Positions 52,405-61,545 of a stretch of DNA of 64,000 bases are shown here, in pieces. The stretch is from an uncultured Enterobacterales bacterium (GTDB taxonomy: Bacteria > Myxococcota_A > UBA796 > CAJQPC01): the NCBI GenBank assembly GCA_964501915.1, contig CAZCVP010000003.1:19259-83258 (forward strand). The letters run 5' to 3'. Positions within the stretch are counted from its first letter, which is position 1, and each line of letters opens with the position of its first letter. The notes below the pieces were generated by a model. That model was not told the DNA's origin. It saw nothing but the letters and a program-made list of their open reading frames with translations, and searched no databases. The position numbers and the translations under genes were made by a program.

Positions 52405-53577
52405 TCAGCCCTCGTGCAGGGCCTCCAGGGCCCGCAGCAGCCGCTCACCGACCGCCGTGGGGCGAGCCTTCGCGCTGAGGGTCGCCAGCCCACGGGCGTT
52501 GGCGGCGCATACCTCCTCGCGCCGTCGCGCGAAGTGCGGGCTGCGAGAGATGGGGTGGTCGGTGGCGGCCAGGCAGGCGTGCATCCGGGCCACCGGCACG
52601 AAGGCGTGGACCGCCAGGAGCACACCCATCAGCGGGCGCAGGTCCGGACGCACCGGCGACTCGGTCCACTCGGAGTGCCCGTTGTGCAGCACCGGGTCGA
52701 GCCAGGACAACAGGTTCAGCTTGCTGTGCTGGGCCTCGTGGACGATGGCCTCGGCGAGGGTCAGGGGCTCCGGGTGGAGGGTCAGCCAGGCGATGCCCGG
52801 CGCCTCCCGGTAGCTCGCGCTGAGGTGCCGCTCGGGCTCGTACCCCACCGGCACGAGCCGTTCGAGGCTCCACGTCCGCTCCTCGGCCCAGGTCGGCAGG
52901 CCGAGCCGCACCAGCTCCAGCGCACCGCCCAGGGCAGCGGTCCACTGGCCCGGGGAACGACCCCCGAGGTCGACGTGGTTGCCGGCCTTGTCCGGGTGGG
53001 CCTCGACCGCCGACAGGGGGTGGGTGTCGAGCACGGTGAGGTGGAGGTCATCGAGGACGGCGTGGTACGGCGCCAGACCGCCCGGGTGCGGGAGGTGCGC
53101 CAGGCTCCCGTCGGCGAGGCGCAGCTCGACGCCCGCTGGATCGCACACCATGCCGCGGGCCGGCGGATCGAAGGTCCAGGCTCGGCCGAGTCGAGGCACG
53201 GCCAGGCGGCGGACCGGGTGGTCCCAGCGCACGGCCTCCCTCGGTGGGCTGGCGAGGGCGCCGAGCAGGTTGGGCACGGCCTCCGCGATGCGCTCGGCGG
53301 GATCGGTCACCCCACTCGCCACGCACAGGAGGTGTGGGAGCACGTCCGGCGCCCCGATCGCCCCGAGCACCGGGCCGGGACGGTCGCGGAGGGCCTCGAG
53401 GAGCCAGCCCTGGAAGCGAAGCAGCGGACGGGACACCGGACCTTCGACCCGAGCCGTGGCCAGGGTGCGGACGGCGAGCAGCCGGACCTTGTGCCGCAGC
53501 GTGCGCACCGTGGCCTCCCCAGGCGCCGGCACCACCAGGAATCCGCTCTCGACCACCGACCCTCCCACTCGGTCCAT
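52405..53577 (-). CDS. HEXXH-motif domain protein (TIGR04267-like putative peptide-modifying enzyme)
   Basis: 390 aa with AIVHEAQHSKLN (HExxH followed by ...KL) in the C-terminal third. Overall size and architecture match my recollection of the 'HEXXH motif domain' family. Not verified. Confidence 0.55.
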   Translation of the reverse strand: MDRVGGSVVESGFLVVPAPGEATVRTLRHKVRLLAVRTLATARVEGPVSRPLLRFQGWLLEALRDRPGPVLGAIGAPDVLPHLLCVASGVTDPAERIAEAVPNLLGALASPPREAVRWDHPVRRLAVPRLGRAWTFDPPARGMVCDPAGVELRLADGSLAHLPHPGGLAPYHAVLDDLHLTVLDTHPLSAVEAHPDKAGNHVDLGGRSPGQWTAALGGALELVRLGLPTWAEERTWSLERLVPVGYEPERHLSASYREAPGIAWLTLHPEPLTLAEAIVHEAQHSKLNLLSWLDPVLHNGHSEWTESPVRPDLRPLMGVLLAVHAFVPVARMHACLAATDHPISRSPHFARRREEVCAANARGLATLSAKARPTAVGERLLRALEALHEG

Positions 53578-53630
53578 CGCGGAGGAGGGCCTATCCCGGC
53601 CACCTCCCGGGGGACTCGATAGGGGGGCCC

Positions 53631-54326
53631 ATGCCCACCGCCATCGTCACCGGCGCCACCCGTGGCCTCGGCCGCGCCCTGGCCCTCGAGCTCGCCCAGG
53701 ACGGCTACCACGTCCTCGGCACCGGCGTGAACCCCGACCGGGTCTCGACACTGGCCGAACACGCCCGGTCCCTGCCCCTCGACGCCCTCCGCTCGGACAC
53801 CACCGACCCGGAGGCCAACGCTGCCCTGGCGGCGCGGGTCGCCGCGACCGGCGTGGACGTGCTGGTGCTCAACGCGGGCGTGCTCGGACCCCGCAGCCTG
53901 CTCGAGGAGACCCCCCTGGAGGACTTCGAGCGCGTGCTGCAGGTCAACACCACCGGTCCCTTCGACCTGACCGCCCGCCTGGTGCCTCACCTGCGCCCCG
54001 GTGCCGCCGTGATCTTCGTGAGCAGCGGGGTCGGGGTCGTCGGTCGGGCGCGCTGGAGCGCCTACTGTGTCTCCAAGTGGGGTGTGGAAGCCCTCGGCCG
54101 CATCTATGCCGAAGAGCTCCGAGACCGCGGCGTGCGGGTCTTCGTGGTCGATCCCGGCGGGATGCGCACCGAGATGCGGGCCGCGGCCTACCCCGAAGAG
54201 GACCCGGGCTCCCTCATCCGCCCCGAAGACAACCTGGCGGTGTTCCGCTGGCTCATCCAGCACGCGCCGCTGTCGGCGACCGGTCAGCGATACCGGGCCC
54301 AGTCCTTCTCGCCACCGACCGGATGA
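53631..54326 (+). CDS. short-chain dehydrogenase/reductase (SDR)
   Basis: MPTAIVTGATRGLGRALA (TGxxxGxG), NAG, and the catalytic YCVSK (YxxxK). Confidence 0.85.
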   Translation: MPTAIVTGATRGLGRALALELAQDGYHVLGTGVNPDRVSTLAEHARSLPLDALRSDTTDPEANAALAARVAATGVDVLVLNAGVLGPRSLLEETPLEDFERVLQVNTTGPFDLTARLVPHLRPGAAVIFVSSGVGVVGRARWSAYCVSKWGVEALGRIYAEELRDRGVRVFVVDPGGMRTEMRAAAYPEEDPGSLIRPEDNLAVFRWLIQHAPLSATGQRYRAQSFSPPTG

Positions 54327-55989
54327 GCTGACTCTCCAGGTCGTCGACCTCACGGTCCCAGTGGCGCATCAGCTCCGCGAGGTGGCCGTTCCCGAAGTCG
54401 AAGCGGAGCCCGGCCGCCTCGAAGAGCCCCCTCAGATCGCGGGTCCAGCCGAGCGACATCGCCAGTCGCAGCCGCGCCAGCACACCCGTCGGGTCGGTGC
54501 GGTACCGGACCCAGAGCTGCAGCGCCCCGACGAGGGCCACCGTGTACGGAAGCTGACCGAAGGGGTCGCGCAACAGGCTGGTGTGGGCCAGGTAGCCCCG
54601 CCCACGGGGGCGCTCCAGGCCAGACCAGTCGAGATCCCCGTCGAAGCGATGACCGAGCTCGGTCCAGGCCGCCTCGCGGGCCCGGGGTCCGTTGTGGGGG
54701 TGATCGTGGAGCCAGAACTGGAAGAGCTCCACGCGGGCCAGCCCGGCCAGGAGCCGAACCACCCGGCCCAGGGCCCTCAAGCGAGCCGCGATCGCGTCCT
54801 CCTGGCCATAGACCGCCCCCTCCAGGTGCTCGCTGCCGATGAGCTCGAGGGTGTGGGCGACCACCTCGGCGAAGGCCACGGGGGCGCTGCGGTTCCAGAC
54901 CAGTCGCTGGTAGCGGTGGGAGAGCGCGTGGAAGGCGTGTCCGCCTTCGTGCAGCACCTTCACGACATCGCGGTGGCGGCCGGTGAAGGGGACGCGGATG
55001 ACCGGCAGCCCTCCCTGTCCCGTGCCCTGCCAGGCCCTCCTGGACCTGGACCGTCCACTCCCGAAGTCGACCTGGCCGTGCTCCAGCAAGGCCTCGAACC
55101 AGGTGCCGAAGCCCGGGTGGACGCGGCGGAAGGCATCACGGCAGCGACGACTGAGCGCGGCCGGATCCCGGAGAGGGGTGAGCTTCCCGCCCGGCTCGAG
55201 CCGGTCGTCCCAGGGCCTCAGGCTGCGCACGCCGGTGGACCGCCTCACGAGGTCCTGCCAGCGACGAAGCCGCGGGATGGCCGAGCGGGCGATCGACTCC
55301 ATCAGGCCACGGGCCTCGTGCGGACCCCAGCCATGGCTGCTCTGCTCCAGCCAGCGGAACTCCGGGTAGGTGGCGAGGCCTGCGGTCCTCGCCAGCTCGC
55401 TGCGCACGCCGAGCGCTTCGTCGAGCAGGCTGTCCAGGCGGCGTCGGTCCTGCCGCTGGCGGGTCTCCAGGGCCCACCAGGCCTCCTCACGACGGCCCGG
55501 GCTGCCCCCTTCCAGCATCCGGTCGACGACGCCGAGGGGCAGGCGCTGTCCGCGGAAGACCAGGTGCGGGTCCCGCCGCAGCAGGTCCAGCTCCACCACG
55601 ATCGCCGACTCCTGGGCCCGCAGGAGCTGGAGCTCCGGCGCCTCGAGATCGACCTCCGTGCGCACCCGACGCAGCAGGACGCCGAACTCCTCGCTCGGGA
55701 GCTGCCGCGCCGAGGGGTGTTCCACGAGCCGACGGGCGAGACGTCGGTGGAGTGGCTGGAGTTCCTGTGACACCCGCCGGGCGGCCTCCAGGCGCTCGCG
55801 GTGGGGACCGCGGCGGCCTCGCCACCAGTCGCGGACCTGGCCCATCCAGGCTCCCCAGTCCACGACCCAGGACTCCAGCTCGGCCGCACCCGGCAGCGGC
55901 CGCTTCAACAGCTCCTCACCCCGGCCGTGAAGCGCGAGTGTGGGCGCGGATGCTGCGCCCGAGACGGACCCTGGGAAGGGAGGTGCCAC
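54253..55989 (-). CDS. M3-family oligoendopeptidase (PepF-like)
   Basis: 578 aa with the zinc motif VLHEGGHAFH (HExxH) in an M3-like context. The start is uncertain. The 3' end overlaps the SDR gene convergently by 74 nt. Confidence 0.7.
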   Translation of the reverse strand: MAPPFPGSVSGAASAPTLALHGRGEELLKRPLPGAAELESWVVDWGAWMGQVRDWWRGRRGPHRERLEAARRVSQELQPLHRRLARRLVEHPSARQLPSEEFGVLLRRVRTEVDLEAPELQLLRAQESAIVVELDLLRRDPHLVFRGQRLPLGVVDRMLEGGSPGRREEAWWALETRQRQDRRRLDSLLDEALGVRSELARTAGLATYPEFRWLEQSSHGWGPHEARGLMESIARSAIPRLRRWQDLVRRSTGVRSLRPWDDRLEPGGKLTPLRDPAALSRRCRDAFRRVHPGFGTWFEALLEHGQVDFGSGRSRSRRAWQGTGQGGLPVIRVPFTGRHRDVVKVLHEGGHAFHALSHRYQRLVWNRSAPVAFAEVVAHTLELIGSEHLEGAVYGQEDAIAARLRALGRVVRLLAGLARVELFQFWLHDHPHNGPRAREAAWTELGHRFDGDLDWSGLERPRGRGYLAHTSLLRDPFGQLPYTVALVGALQLWVRYRTDPTGVLARLRLAMSLGWTRDLRGLFEAAGLRFDFGNGHLAELMRHWDREVDDLESQLIRSVARRTGPGIADRSPTAARAG

Positions 55990-56149
55990 GGCGTGCCTGC
56001 CGGGCCGGGGCTGGGGGGCCCGACCTCCCGATCCTACCGGAGGGCAGCCCGGGACCAGACATCAACTGCCGCTGTGCGGCGTACGAGGCCGCACCTGGGC
56101 GAGATCGATCCCCGTCCCGCCACGGCGCGCGCCAGCGTGCCGCCCGCGC

Positions 56150-57871
56150 CTAGCGGTGGATGTCCACCTGCTGGCTCGTCGCGAGGTCCTGGACGATGGA
56201 CTGCTCTCCGTCGGGCCAGGTGATCACGAGCCGGTCGACGAGGGGCTCGCTGCCGAGACCGAAGTGGGCCTCCGGCAAGATCGAGGACGAGAGGTTGGTG
56301 CCCCCGATCTGGATGGTCCGGGTCAGCGAGAGCTCGCCCGCCTGGACCTCCAGGCGGGCACCGACAGCGTCGACGTTCGGCGCTGGCTGGTGCAGCCTCA
56401 CCCTCAGCCACGCCCGCTCGTCGCACCGGGCCAGGTAGATCCGAGCGGGGGCGTCGAGGAAGCGCTTGACGAGGTCGAGGAAGCCGTCGCCGTTGAGGTC
56501 GACCGCCGCGAAGCCCATGCCGATGAAGCCGTCGCCGAGGTCCCAGTCGTCGGCGACCTGGACGAAGCGGCCGTCCTCGTCCTGGAGCCAGAGACCGTCG
56601 GGCTGCTCCTCGGGGTTGGTTCCCGGGGGGTTCTCCCCGAGGCCGGGTGCCATGCCGAAGGCGACGATGGCGTCCAGCCGACCGTCGTTGTCGACATCGG
56701 CCAGCTCCGTCCCCCAGGCCACATACCGGTCGTTCTCGCCCAGGCTCAGCCCCCGGGACAGCGCCGTGTCCACGTAGACGCCGTCCGGTGCGGACTCGAA
56801 GAGCGCCATCTCGGACCACGAGCTGACGAGCATGTCGGGCAGGCCATCCCCGTTGACGTCTCCCACGCCGAGACCCATGCCCTGGAGGGCCTTGCCGGTG
56901 CCTGAAGACTCCGAGATGTCCGTCCAGACCGGCTCCTGGTCGGCCGCGTCGTTGCGCAGCAGGACATTGGGGATGGCGAAGGTGCCGAAGTCGTTGACCA
57001 GGTAGAGGTCGAGGTCGCCGTCCAGGTCCAGGTCGTGCAGCCCCGGGGCGAAGGTGTAGCCACGCATCATGTGGGGCCTCATCACGTCGCCACGGTCGAC
57101 GAAGCTGCCGTCGCCGACCCCCAGGTAGAACTCGTTCGGATCACCGACGCCGAGGGGGTTCCCCTCCTCGTTCGGCGGGGCGGCCGGGACCTCCTCGCCG
57201 GTGTCCTCCTGTCGGGCCCGGCTGAAGTGGGCTCCGATGAACAGGTCGAGCACGCCGTCCCCGTTGACGTCCCCCCAGGTGCTGCCGATGGACCCGAAGC
57301 GCTCCTGCTGGAGGCCGGCGTCCTCCTTCGCGGTGAAGGTCCCCGTCCCGTCATTGAGCCAGATGGCGTTGGGTTCCCCCCGGTTGACAGCCAGGACGTC
57401 GAGGTCCCCGTCGTCGTCGACGTCGGCGGCCGAAGCGGCCTCCGTGCGGTCCCCGTTCTCCGGGAGGCGGCCCTCGACGCGCCTGTACGTGCCCTCGGCG
57501 GTACCGAGAAAGAGCTCGTCCTGGCCCACGTTGGGCAGCAGGATGTCCAGCCGGCCGTCGCCGTCGAAGTCGGCCACCACCACCCCCTGCCCGTACTCCA
57601 CGCTCCCCGGATCGACGAAGGCCGCCTGCTGCTCCCAGTCGGGCCCTCCGCTGGTCAGCTCCATCGGCCCGCTGGCTCGCAGCTCCGGGCTCGCACAGGT
57701 GACCACGCCCTGCTCCACCACCGTGACACCACCCGCCCGCCAGGTGTCCCCGCTGTCGGTCGAGGCGGAGTCCCCCGTGTGGCTCGCTGTCGTGGCCACG
57801 GAGTCCTGGGCGCTGTCGAGGTCTGTGCTGCCCCGGCAGGCCAGCAGCACCAGGAGGGGTGAAGCGGTCAT
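56150..57871 (-). CDS. CRTAC1-family lipoprotein (FG-GAP/VCBS repeats + ASPIC/UnbV C-terminal domain)
   Basis: MTASPLLVLLAC lipobox. Repeated DFDGDGRLDIL / DVDDDGDLDVL / DVNGDGVLDLF / DLDLDGDLDLY / DVNGDGLPDML / DVDNDGRLDAI / DLNGDGFLDLV. C-terminal ...RIGARLEVQAG...GGTNLSS (UnbV-like). Confidence 0.8.
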   Translation of the reverse strand: MTASPLLVLLACRGSTDLDSAQDSVATTASHTGDSASTDSGDTWRAGGVTVVEQGVVTCASPELRASGPMELTSGGPDWEQQAAFVDPGSVEYGQGVVVADFDGDGRLDILLPNVGQDELFLGTAEGTYRRVEGRLPENGDRTEAASAADVDDDGDLDVLAVNRGEPNAIWLNDGTGTFTAKEDAGLQQERFGSIGSTWGDVNGDGVLDLFIGAHFSRARQEDTGEEVPAAPPNEEGNPLGVGDPNEFYLGVGDGSFVDRGDVMRPHMMRGYTFAPGLHDLDLDGDLDLYLVNDFGTFAIPNVLLRNDAADQEPVWTDISESSGTGKALQGMGLGVGDVNGDGLPDMLVSSWSEMALFESAPDGVYVDTALSRGLSLGENDRYVAWGTELADVDNDGRLDAIVAFGMAPGLGENPPGTNPEEQPDGLWLQDEDGRFVQVADDWDLGDGFIGMGFAAVDLNGDGFLDLVKRFLDAPARIYLARCDERAWLRVRLHQPAPNVDAVGARLEVQAGELSLTRTIQIGGTNLSSSILPEAHFGLGSEPLVDRLVITWPDGEQSIVQDLATSQQVDIHR

Positions 57872-57923
57872 CTCGGTCGGCCCATCGTAGCGCCGGCTCA
57901 GCCGGGAAGGGGGCGTCGCTGCC

Positions 57924-58130
57924 TCAGTAGTGGGGGGGGACCTCGTCCAGGGGTGAGTTGGCCGCCCCGGGGCTCGCCTCGACCTGCTTGCGGAGCGCTG
58001 CGACCTCCCGGTTCAGGGTGTCGATGAGGTCCGCGTGGGCTCGGGTGACATCGTCGAGTTGCCGCAGCAGGTCCTCCTGGAAGGCGAGGCGGATCTCGAG
58101 CTCCTGGATGTGCTGGGCGACATCGTCCAC
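57924..58130 (-). CDS. slyX: SlyX family protein
   Basis: The GTG at 58130 follows GGAGGAGG. The 68-aa product is ...IQELEIRLAFQEDLLRQLDDVTRAHADLIDTLNREVAALRKQVE, matching the SlyX coiled-coil pattern. Confidence 0.65.
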   Translation of the reverse strand: MDDVAQHIQELEIRLAFQEDLLRQLDDVTRAHADLIDTLNREVAALRKQVEASPGAANSPLDEVPPHY

Positions 58131-58157
58131 GGGGCCTCCTCCGGCATAGGACGCTGC

Positions 58158-58865
58158 ATGCGTATCCTCATCACCGGTGCCGAGTCCTCGCTGGCGAGGG
58201 TGCTCGCCCGGCGTCTCTGTCGCGAGCACCCGGTGCTCAGCCTCGGGGTCGAGGTCCCAGGGGCCGTGCCGGTCGAGGGCGGCCTCCGGGATTCCCGGCC
58301 ACTGAGGCGGGCCCTGGAGGGCGTGCAGGTGGTCCTGCACGTCGCGGTCACTCCCGCCGGGGTCCTGCTGCCCTCCGCCCACCGGGAGGGCGTGAGACGG
58401 GTGGTCTGGATCGGCGAGGACCTGCCGAGCGAGCCAGGCCCGGTGCCCCTGGTGCAGCTCGTGCCAGCCCTCACGCTCGGGCCCCCTCCCCCGTCGGGGC
58501 CCCACGCCCTGGTGCGGGCCCTCCTCGAGGGGCGGATCGACGCCACCCCCACGGGCCGTCTCTCCTTCGTCGACGTGCGCGACGTCGGGGCCGCCGTCGA
58601 AGCCGCGATGTCCCGCGACGTGGTGGGCGAGCGCCTCGGTCTGGCGGCCGCGACCTGGAGCCTGGCCGACTTCTTCGCCACCCTGGCCGAGCTCGCCGAT
58701 CGCCCGGCGCCCGTGGTCGACGGGCGCCCCTGGACGCCTGGCGTGCACGCGCCCGTGCTGGACCCCGCCGTGCTCCCCCTCCAGGTGGCGAGCTCTCGCG
58801 CCACCGAGGCCCTCGGGTGGTGGACCCGGTCCCCGGTGCGCACCCTCGCCGACAGCCTGGGTTAG
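58158..58865 (+). CDS. NAD(P)-binding Rossmann-fold (epimerase/dehydratase-like) protein, divergent
   Basis: It starts MRILITGAESSLARVLARRL (a degenerate GxxGxxG), and the C-terminal part resembles NAD-dependent epimerases. Weak call. Confidence 0.5.
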   Translation: MRILITGAESSLARVLARRLCREHPVLSLGVEVPGAVPVEGGLRDSRPLRRALEGVQVVLHVAVTPAGVLLPSAHREGVRRVVWIGEDLPSEPGPVPLVQLVPALTLGPPPPSGPHALVRALLEGRIDATPTGRLSFVDVRDVGAAVEAAMSRDVVGERLGLAAATWSLADFFATLAELADRPAPVVDGRPWTPGVHAPVLDPAVLPLQVASSRATEALGWWTRSPVRTLADSLG

Positions 58866-58874
58866 CCCCAAGGC

Positions 58875-59711
58875 ATGAGGATCGGCATCGGAGTCACCGT
58901 GCTCGCCCTGGCCCTGCCAGCGGCTGCGGCGAAGTTCCGGACCAGCAAGGCCACGGACGAGGAGCTGGTCGCACAGCTCGGCCTCGAAGGCCCCGAAGTC
59001 CGGCTGGAGATCGTGGCCGAGCTCGGAGAGCGGGGCCTGGTGTCGAGCTGTCCCGTCCTCACCCAGCGGGTGAAGACCGATGACCACCAGGGGGTGCGCT
59101 CGCTGGCGCTGGACACCCTGGAGGCCATGTCCTGCCCGGAGCTGCTCCACGCCGCCCAGACCGCGGTCCGGAGCGACCCCACGCCGAGCAACCGCATGCA
59201 GGCGCTGGACCTGGCCCGGCGCCAGGGCGATCCGCAGCAGCTCCAGCTCTACGCCGATGTGCTCGCCCACGACACCGCTGCCCAGGTCCGTCACCGCGCC
59301 CTGGGCCTGGCGATCGAGACGCGGCTGCCGGGGGTGGAGGCGCTCTACCGCGAGGCCCTGCGAGACGACTACTCGGAGGTCGTGCGCGACGCCGCCCTGG
59401 AGCTGGTCCTGCTCCAGGACGAGGAGGCTCGCCAGGCCCTGTTCGAGGAGGTGCCCACCCTGCGGGCCCTCGACCGGGAGGTGGTCATGGAGGCCTGGAA
59501 GGGTCGGCCCCTGCACGGCGACACCGGGTACCTGCTGGCCTGCCTCGACGACAGCCACCTGCCCGTGGCGCTGGCGGCCGCCGCGGCCCTGGCGACCCTG
59601 GGAGACCCGAAGGCACTGCCCGCCCTGAGGACCCAGGCCCAGCGGGAGCGGGACAAGGACGTTCGCAAGGCCCTGGAGCGGACCATCGAGACCCTGGAGG
59701 ATGGTCCATGA
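58875..59711 (+). CDS. secreted HEAT-repeat protein, paralog 1
   Basis: Signal peptide MRIGIGVTVLALALPAAAA. Repeated ...VR..A...L..(L/M)..PE(L)L... helical pairs (PBS-lyase HEAT-like). Confidence 0.65.
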   Translation: MRIGIGVTVLALALPAAAAKFRTSKATDEELVAQLGLEGPEVRLEIVAELGERGLVSSCPVLTQRVKTDDHQGVRSLALDTLEAMSCPELLHAAQTAVRSDPTPSNRMQALDLARRQGDPQQLQLYADVLAHDTAAQVRHRALGLAIETRLPGVEALYREALRDDYSEVVRDAALELVLLQDEEARQALFEEVPTLRALDREVVMEAWKGRPLHGDTGYLLACLDDSHLPVALAAAAALATLGDPKALPALRTQAQRERDKDVRKALERTIETLEDGP

Positions 59712-60583
59712 AGACGGAGTGGATGATCGCCGGCGCGCTGCTGCTGGCCCTGCCGGCCCAGGCGGCGCGGTTCAAGGCGTCCGACGCCACCGGGACCGAG
59801 CTGGTGGCCTGCCTCTCGGAGCAGAAGGACGCCACCAAGCGGGACTGTCTCGACGAGATCGCGAACCGTCGCCTGGGCCAGGCCAGCCCCCAGGTGTCGG
59901 CACTGATCGACAGCGCCGACGAGGACGTGCGGGTCGACGCCCTCGCCACCCTGGAGAAGCTGGGCGCGCCGGAGCTCCTCCCTGCGGCCCACCAGGTCGC
60001 CCTGAGCGACGAGGTCGTGGGAAACCGGTCCAAGGCGCTGCGCATCATCGAGCTCTACGGGGGCGCGGACTCCTCCGGTGTGGTCGGCCAGGTCATCGCC
60101 GAGGACAGCGAAGCGAGCATCCGCCGCAAGGCGGTGGTGATCGCCGGCAAGAAGGGCTGGTCGGACCTGGAGTCCGTGATCCTGGAGCGTGGCCTCACCG
60201 ACCCCGACCCCGACGTGAACATCGAGGCCGCCCGGGCGGTCGTGGCCTTCGGCAACCCCGAGGGCCGGGGGCCGATCCACCAGCTCCTCCTGGAGAGTCC
60301 CGACCCCCGGACCCGGGAGTGGGTCGTGCGGGCCATCGAGAACAGACCGCTGGCGGTGGACCGGGACCCCTTGATCCGTGCCCTCGACGACTCGGCACCC
60401 CACGTGGCCCGGCACGCCGCACGAGCCCTGCGGGGGCTGGGCGACCCCTCGGTTGCGCCGATCCTGCGGGACAAGGCGATGGACGTCCGCGATCCAGCCG
60501 TGGCCGAGGAGTTCTCGGAGGCCGCCCAGCACCTGGAGCTGATGGGCCCCGCGGCCGCCCCGGCGGAAGGGGGAGGCATCTGA
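59708..60583 (+). CDS. secreted HEAT-repeat protein, paralog 2
   Basis: ATGA overlap with paralog 1. Signal MKTEWMIAGALLLALPAQA. The mature N-terminus ARFKASDATGTELVACL parallels AKFRTSKATDEELVAQL of paralog 1. Confidence 0.65.
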   Translation: MKTEWMIAGALLLALPAQAARFKASDATGTELVACLSEQKDATKRDCLDEIANRRLGQASPQVSALIDSADEDVRVDALATLEKLGAPELLPAAHQVALSDEVVGNRSKALRIIELYGGADSSGVVGQVIAEDSEASIRRKAVVIAGKKGWSDLESVILERGLTDPDPDVNIEAARAVVAFGNPEGRGPIHQLLLESPDPRTREWVVRAIENRPLAVDRDPLIRALDDSAPHVARHAARALRGLGDPSVAPILRDKAMDVRDPAVAEEFSEAAQHLELMGPAAAPAEGGGI

Positions 60584-61092
60584 GCCCGCTCCGGCTCTCC
60601 GCGGCCGTCGTCGAGGCCCTCTTCACCGAGGCGACCACCTGCTGGCCCCGGGAGGCCTGCGGCGTGGTCGTGGGCCGACCGGCGGACCCGGAGAGCTGGC
60701 GCTTCGAGCGCTTCGACAACCTGGTGGACAGGCTCCACGCGGTGGATCCGGAGCGCCACCCTCGAGACGCCCGCACCGCCTTCGCCCTGGACGGCCTGAA
60801 GCTCCAGCGCCTGCTCGACGACTGCGCCGAGCGAGCGGAGGAGCTGGTGGCCATCGCCCACTCCCACCCGGAGTTCCCGGCCTACTTCTCGGCGACGGAC
60901 CAGGCGGCGGCCGCCCCCTTCGGCGCCCCCAGCTACCCGGAGGCCACGCAGCTCGTGGTCTCGGTGTTCGGGGGCGAGGTCCGCGAGGTCAAGGGCTTCT
61001 CCTGGCAGGAGGGCGACTGGGTGGAGCACCCACTCGCCGGACTCCCGGAGCTGCCTGGGGCTCCGGCCGGCGCGAAGCCGCTCGAGGGATAG
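60580..61092 (+). CDS. JAMM/MPN (Mov34) family metalloprotease-like protein
   Basis: EACGVVVG (catalytic Glu context) and HSHPEFPAYFSATD (HxHx7SxxD JAMM motif). The start is uncertain: the only in-frame candidate upstream of the EACG motif is a CTG after GGGGGAGG. Confidence 0.65.
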   Translation: MSPLRLSAAVVEALFTEATTCWPREACGVVVGRPADPESWRFERFDNLVDRLHAVDPERHPRDARTAFALDGLKLQRLLDDCAERAEELVAIAHSHPEFPAYFSATDQAAAAPFGAPSYPEATQLVVSVFGGEVREVKGFSWQEGDWVEHPLAGLPELPGAPAGAKPLEG

Positions 61093-61098
61093 CCAGCC

Positions 61099-61545
61099 AT
61101 GGCGCCCAACCCCCTGTGGGCCGAAGCGGGACCCGACGACCACCGCTGCGACGACTGCACCTGGCACTACCGGGGAGGTCGGGGCCGAGCCGTCGACCGC
61201 TGTCGCCGCCACGGCGACCAGCGTCTCGAACCGGCCTGGCCCGCCTGCGCCGCCTGGACGGCTCCCCTGGACTGCGCCGACTGCGGTGCCTGCTGCCGCG
61301 AGGCCTACCACGCCGTGGAGGTCTCCCAGAGGGACCCGGTCCGCAGGAGCCACCCCGAGCTCCTGGTGCGGGTCGACGGTCGCTGGCAGATCCGCCGGGA
61401 GGGCCCCCGCTGCGCCGGCCTGGTGGGCGAGCCGGGCACCTTCACCTGCAGGATCTACGAGGAGCGACCCCGCACCTGTCGCGACTTCGAGCGCGGGAGC
61501 GCGAACTGCGTGGACGCCCGCACCCGGATCGGGCTCACGCCCTGA
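61099..61545 (+). CDS. YkgJ-family (UPF0153) cysteine-cluster protein
   Basis: 148 aa with CADCGACC (CxxCxxCC) plus the downstream C...C..C pattern (CRIYEERPRTCRDF). Confidence 0.7.
   Translation: MAPNPLWAEAGPDDHRCDDCTWHYRGGRGRAVDRCRRHGDQRLEPAWPACAAWTAPLDCADCGACCREAYHAVEVSQRDPVRRSHPELLVRVDGRWQIRREGPRCAGLVGEPGTFTCRIYEERPRTCRDFERGSANCVDARTRIGLTP

Noticed and set aside
54253-54326. 74-nt convergent overlap between the SDR gene and the M3 peptidase gene
   Set aside because: This is probably just late stop codons in GC-rich DNA. I saw no repeat or secondary-structure signal in the overlap, so it is not reported as a finding.
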